NCBI GenBank assembly: GCA_051599415.1
Contig: AP039693.1
Span: 620,001 to 684,000, forward strand
Direction of reading: 5' to 3'
DNA: 64,000 bases
From: Savitreella phatthalungensis
Taxonomy: Eukaryota
A program made the translations under genes and the position numbers. Under the pieces are notes generated by a model that saw only the letters and a list, made by a program, of their open reading frames with translations, was not told where the DNA came from and did no database searches. Every line of letters starts with the position of its first letter. Within the stretch, counting starts at the first letter, position 1. This document shows, in pieces, positions 62,261 through 64,000 of the stretch.

Positions 62261-63610
62261 CTATTTGGCGAATGGAGATTTCGAACGCAGAGCGGGGCCG
62301 AAGAAAAACATCACGTACGTCAGTAGAACAATTCCGAATGATACGCACGCAAGAATCAGGAATGCATGCGTCGTCGTCAGGTCGTTGAACATGACGATGC
62401 CGACGTGAGCACAGCCAGCGGCGACGAGGAAACTCGGAATCAGGAACGCTGCGACTGCACTGTTTGCCACATCCGGATACGCATCTGAGATGTACGCGAG
62501 CAGCGACAGGTAAAGGAGCGGATTGCTGAAGCTGAGCAGGGTGCCAGCCACGATCGGCGACCAGACATTCACTCCCTCGCTCGTGTACCCAAACCAGAAG
62601 AGCGATATGGGAAATCCCCAGACAAAAACAAGGGAAGTGAGCAGGCGAGATTCCGGTCGAGGGTTTCGACGGTACAACCGAGTCTGGACTGGGACAAAGG
62701 CGCAGACGAGCACGACGCCAACGATCACATTGCTGTACGTCCAATCAGCGACAATCGTCGAAAGACCATAATTGACCGCAAACACGGGGTAGACGCCATC
62801 CAGATAGAGAAAGAGCAGGCCATAGGCGAAGCCGTTGAACAGGCCCGCAAAAATCAGGATCGGCTCGGTCGTCATGAGTCTTAGAGTCGTCAATGTACAG
62901 AAAGCCAGTGCTCGCGGGAGCGGGAGCCTGGCCTCTTTCGCAGAGATCACCTTGGACGGCAGTGTCTCCGGCACAAAAAGCATACCAAATGCGAAAGCGC
63001 CACCGAAAATTACATTGATCCAGAAGAGCCAATCGAGACCGAGGTGTTCGCCGATCAATTCTCCGAGAGGTGAGCCCAGGGATGGTCCGATAGCAGAAGT
63101 CGCGGCAAAATACGACAGAGCCTGTGACGCTTGTTCAGATTCGCCGTAGAGGTCAGCGATCGTGGCTGCCACGTTGACTAGAGCAGTAGAACCAGCCGCT
63201 CCAGCCAGTGCCATCAGAACGACGAGTCCAGCAAAGGTACGCACGCGCGCCAATCCGATATTGAGCAGCATGTAAACTGCGATGCTCCCGACGTAGACGT
63301 ACTTGCGCCCGATGTAGTCGCTCAATGGACCCAAAAAAAGAGGACCGATCGCGGTACCTGTAATAAACATGCTTTGTCCGAGTGTTGTCGCCTGTACGCT
63401 AGTGCCGTAGCGGTCCTGAATCAGAGGTTCGATGGAGAGATACGACGTACTGGTCATCGAAACGTATACCTGCAGCAAACAGTAGACTGCAATGATCGAC
63501 CATTTCTTCAGGTAATGCCAACGCTGTGGATGCGCAGCTGAATGATGTACTTCAGCATTCAATAAGGCGACAGCATCGATCGCCGTCTCGACCGTCTTCT
63601 CCTCCACCAT
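62261..63610 (-). CDS. MFS DHA1-family transporter, Bsu1-like (putative vitamin B6/thiamine-related)
   Basis: HPQRWHYLKKWSIIAVYCLLQ; LGQSMFITGTAIGPLFLGPLSDYIGRK; VPETLP; RPESRL; YISDAY. The Bsu1 subfamily call is from recollection of the N-terminal motif. Confidence 0.85.
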   Translation of the reverse strand: MVEEKTVETAIDAVALLNAEVHHSAAHPQRWHYLKKWSIIAVYCLLQVYVSMTSTSYLSIEPLIQDRYGTSVQATTLGQSMFITGTAIGPLFLGPLSDYIGRKYVYVGSIAVYMLLNIGLARVRTFAGLVVLMALAGAAGSTALVNVAATIADLYGESEQASQALSYFAATSAIGPSLGSPLGELIGEHLGLDWLFWINVIFGGAFAFGMLFVPETLPSKVISAKEARLPLPRALAFCTLTTLRLMTTEPILIFAGLFNGFAYGLLFLYLDGVYPVFAVNYGLSTIVADWTYSNVIVGVVLVCAFVPVQTRLYRRNPRPESRLLTSLVFVWGFPISLFWFGYTSEGVNVWSPIVAGTLLSFSNPLLYLSLLAYISDAYPDVANSAVAAFLIPSFLVAAGCAHVGIVMFNDLTTTHAFLILACVSFGIVLLTYVMFFFGPALRSKSPFAK

Positions 63611-64000
63611 TTTGATGACCAGGCGCGCTGCCCCACGGCACCGCTCAAATGTCTGGCTGTGACGCAGATTAAATTTTGTATTACGAGGATCGACCAAATC
63701 AGGGCAAATCCAGGCGAGCGGAATTATCCGAGCGGAACGAGTGAAGGACGCGCCCATGAATCCGAACTCTTTTCCTCATCTCGACAATTCCAGGTGCTGA
63801 AAAAGTGGCTGTGACTTCGGCGGAGCCCCAATTATAGGTTGGGCTTGGGTTGGGAAGCGGAATTGTAGCATCCCAAACTAGACAGTCATTCAAGAGCATC
63901 AGTACAGGAAGCATGACAAGCAGCGACCGAGCAGCAAGCAGCAATTGTAGTAGCAGAACATTTCCAGCGAGGCAAGCGCCAGTTTGGCGCCACACTGCCG

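Noticed and set aside
63719..63731. CGGATAATTCCG as the P5 hairpin of a TPP riboswitch upstream of the Bsu1-like gene
   Set aside because: The flanking CTGAGA, CTTGAT and AGCG core motifs are missing.
63699..64000. 98-aa minus-strand ORF at the window edge
   Set aside because: No recognisable domain and it overlaps the putative transporter promoter; cannot be judged without flanking sequence.

Overview
Fungal nuclear DNA, most likely a Taphrinomycotina (Taphrina/Protomyces-like) ascomycete. That placement is an inference: the H3 core and the actin C-terminus (IVYRKCF) are Schizosaccharomyces-like, but a photolyase is present. The window is very compact and intron-poor: 32 supportable protein-coding genes and one intron-containing tRNA-Asp(GTC). 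Only three spliceosomal introns were found in coding regions (ACT1, CCT3, and an MRPL33 gene missing from the ORF track), all at the extreme 5' end. Most genes are housekeeping (USO1, CCT3, DIA4, ACT1, NIF3, SOF1, NPA3, TFG2, DGK1, UBE2O-like, Rab-GAP), plus a group X hybrid histidine kinase, a (6-4) photolyase, two MFS transporters and two paralogous GH16 proteins. Best leads: (1) a solo histone H3 with a remodelled, 3-residue-longer tail and a motif-rich promoter; (2) operon-like same-strand spacing of 37-118 nt; (3) an orphan with two F-box-like motifs; (4) a subtilisin with Asp in place of the oxyanion Asn; (5) a GATC cluster upstream of the photolyase; (6) local CpG-decay signatures; (7) structured non-coding segments between UBE2O and actin. 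No CRISPR, rRNA or intact mobile element was found. No databases were searched; family calls rest on recognised motifs.
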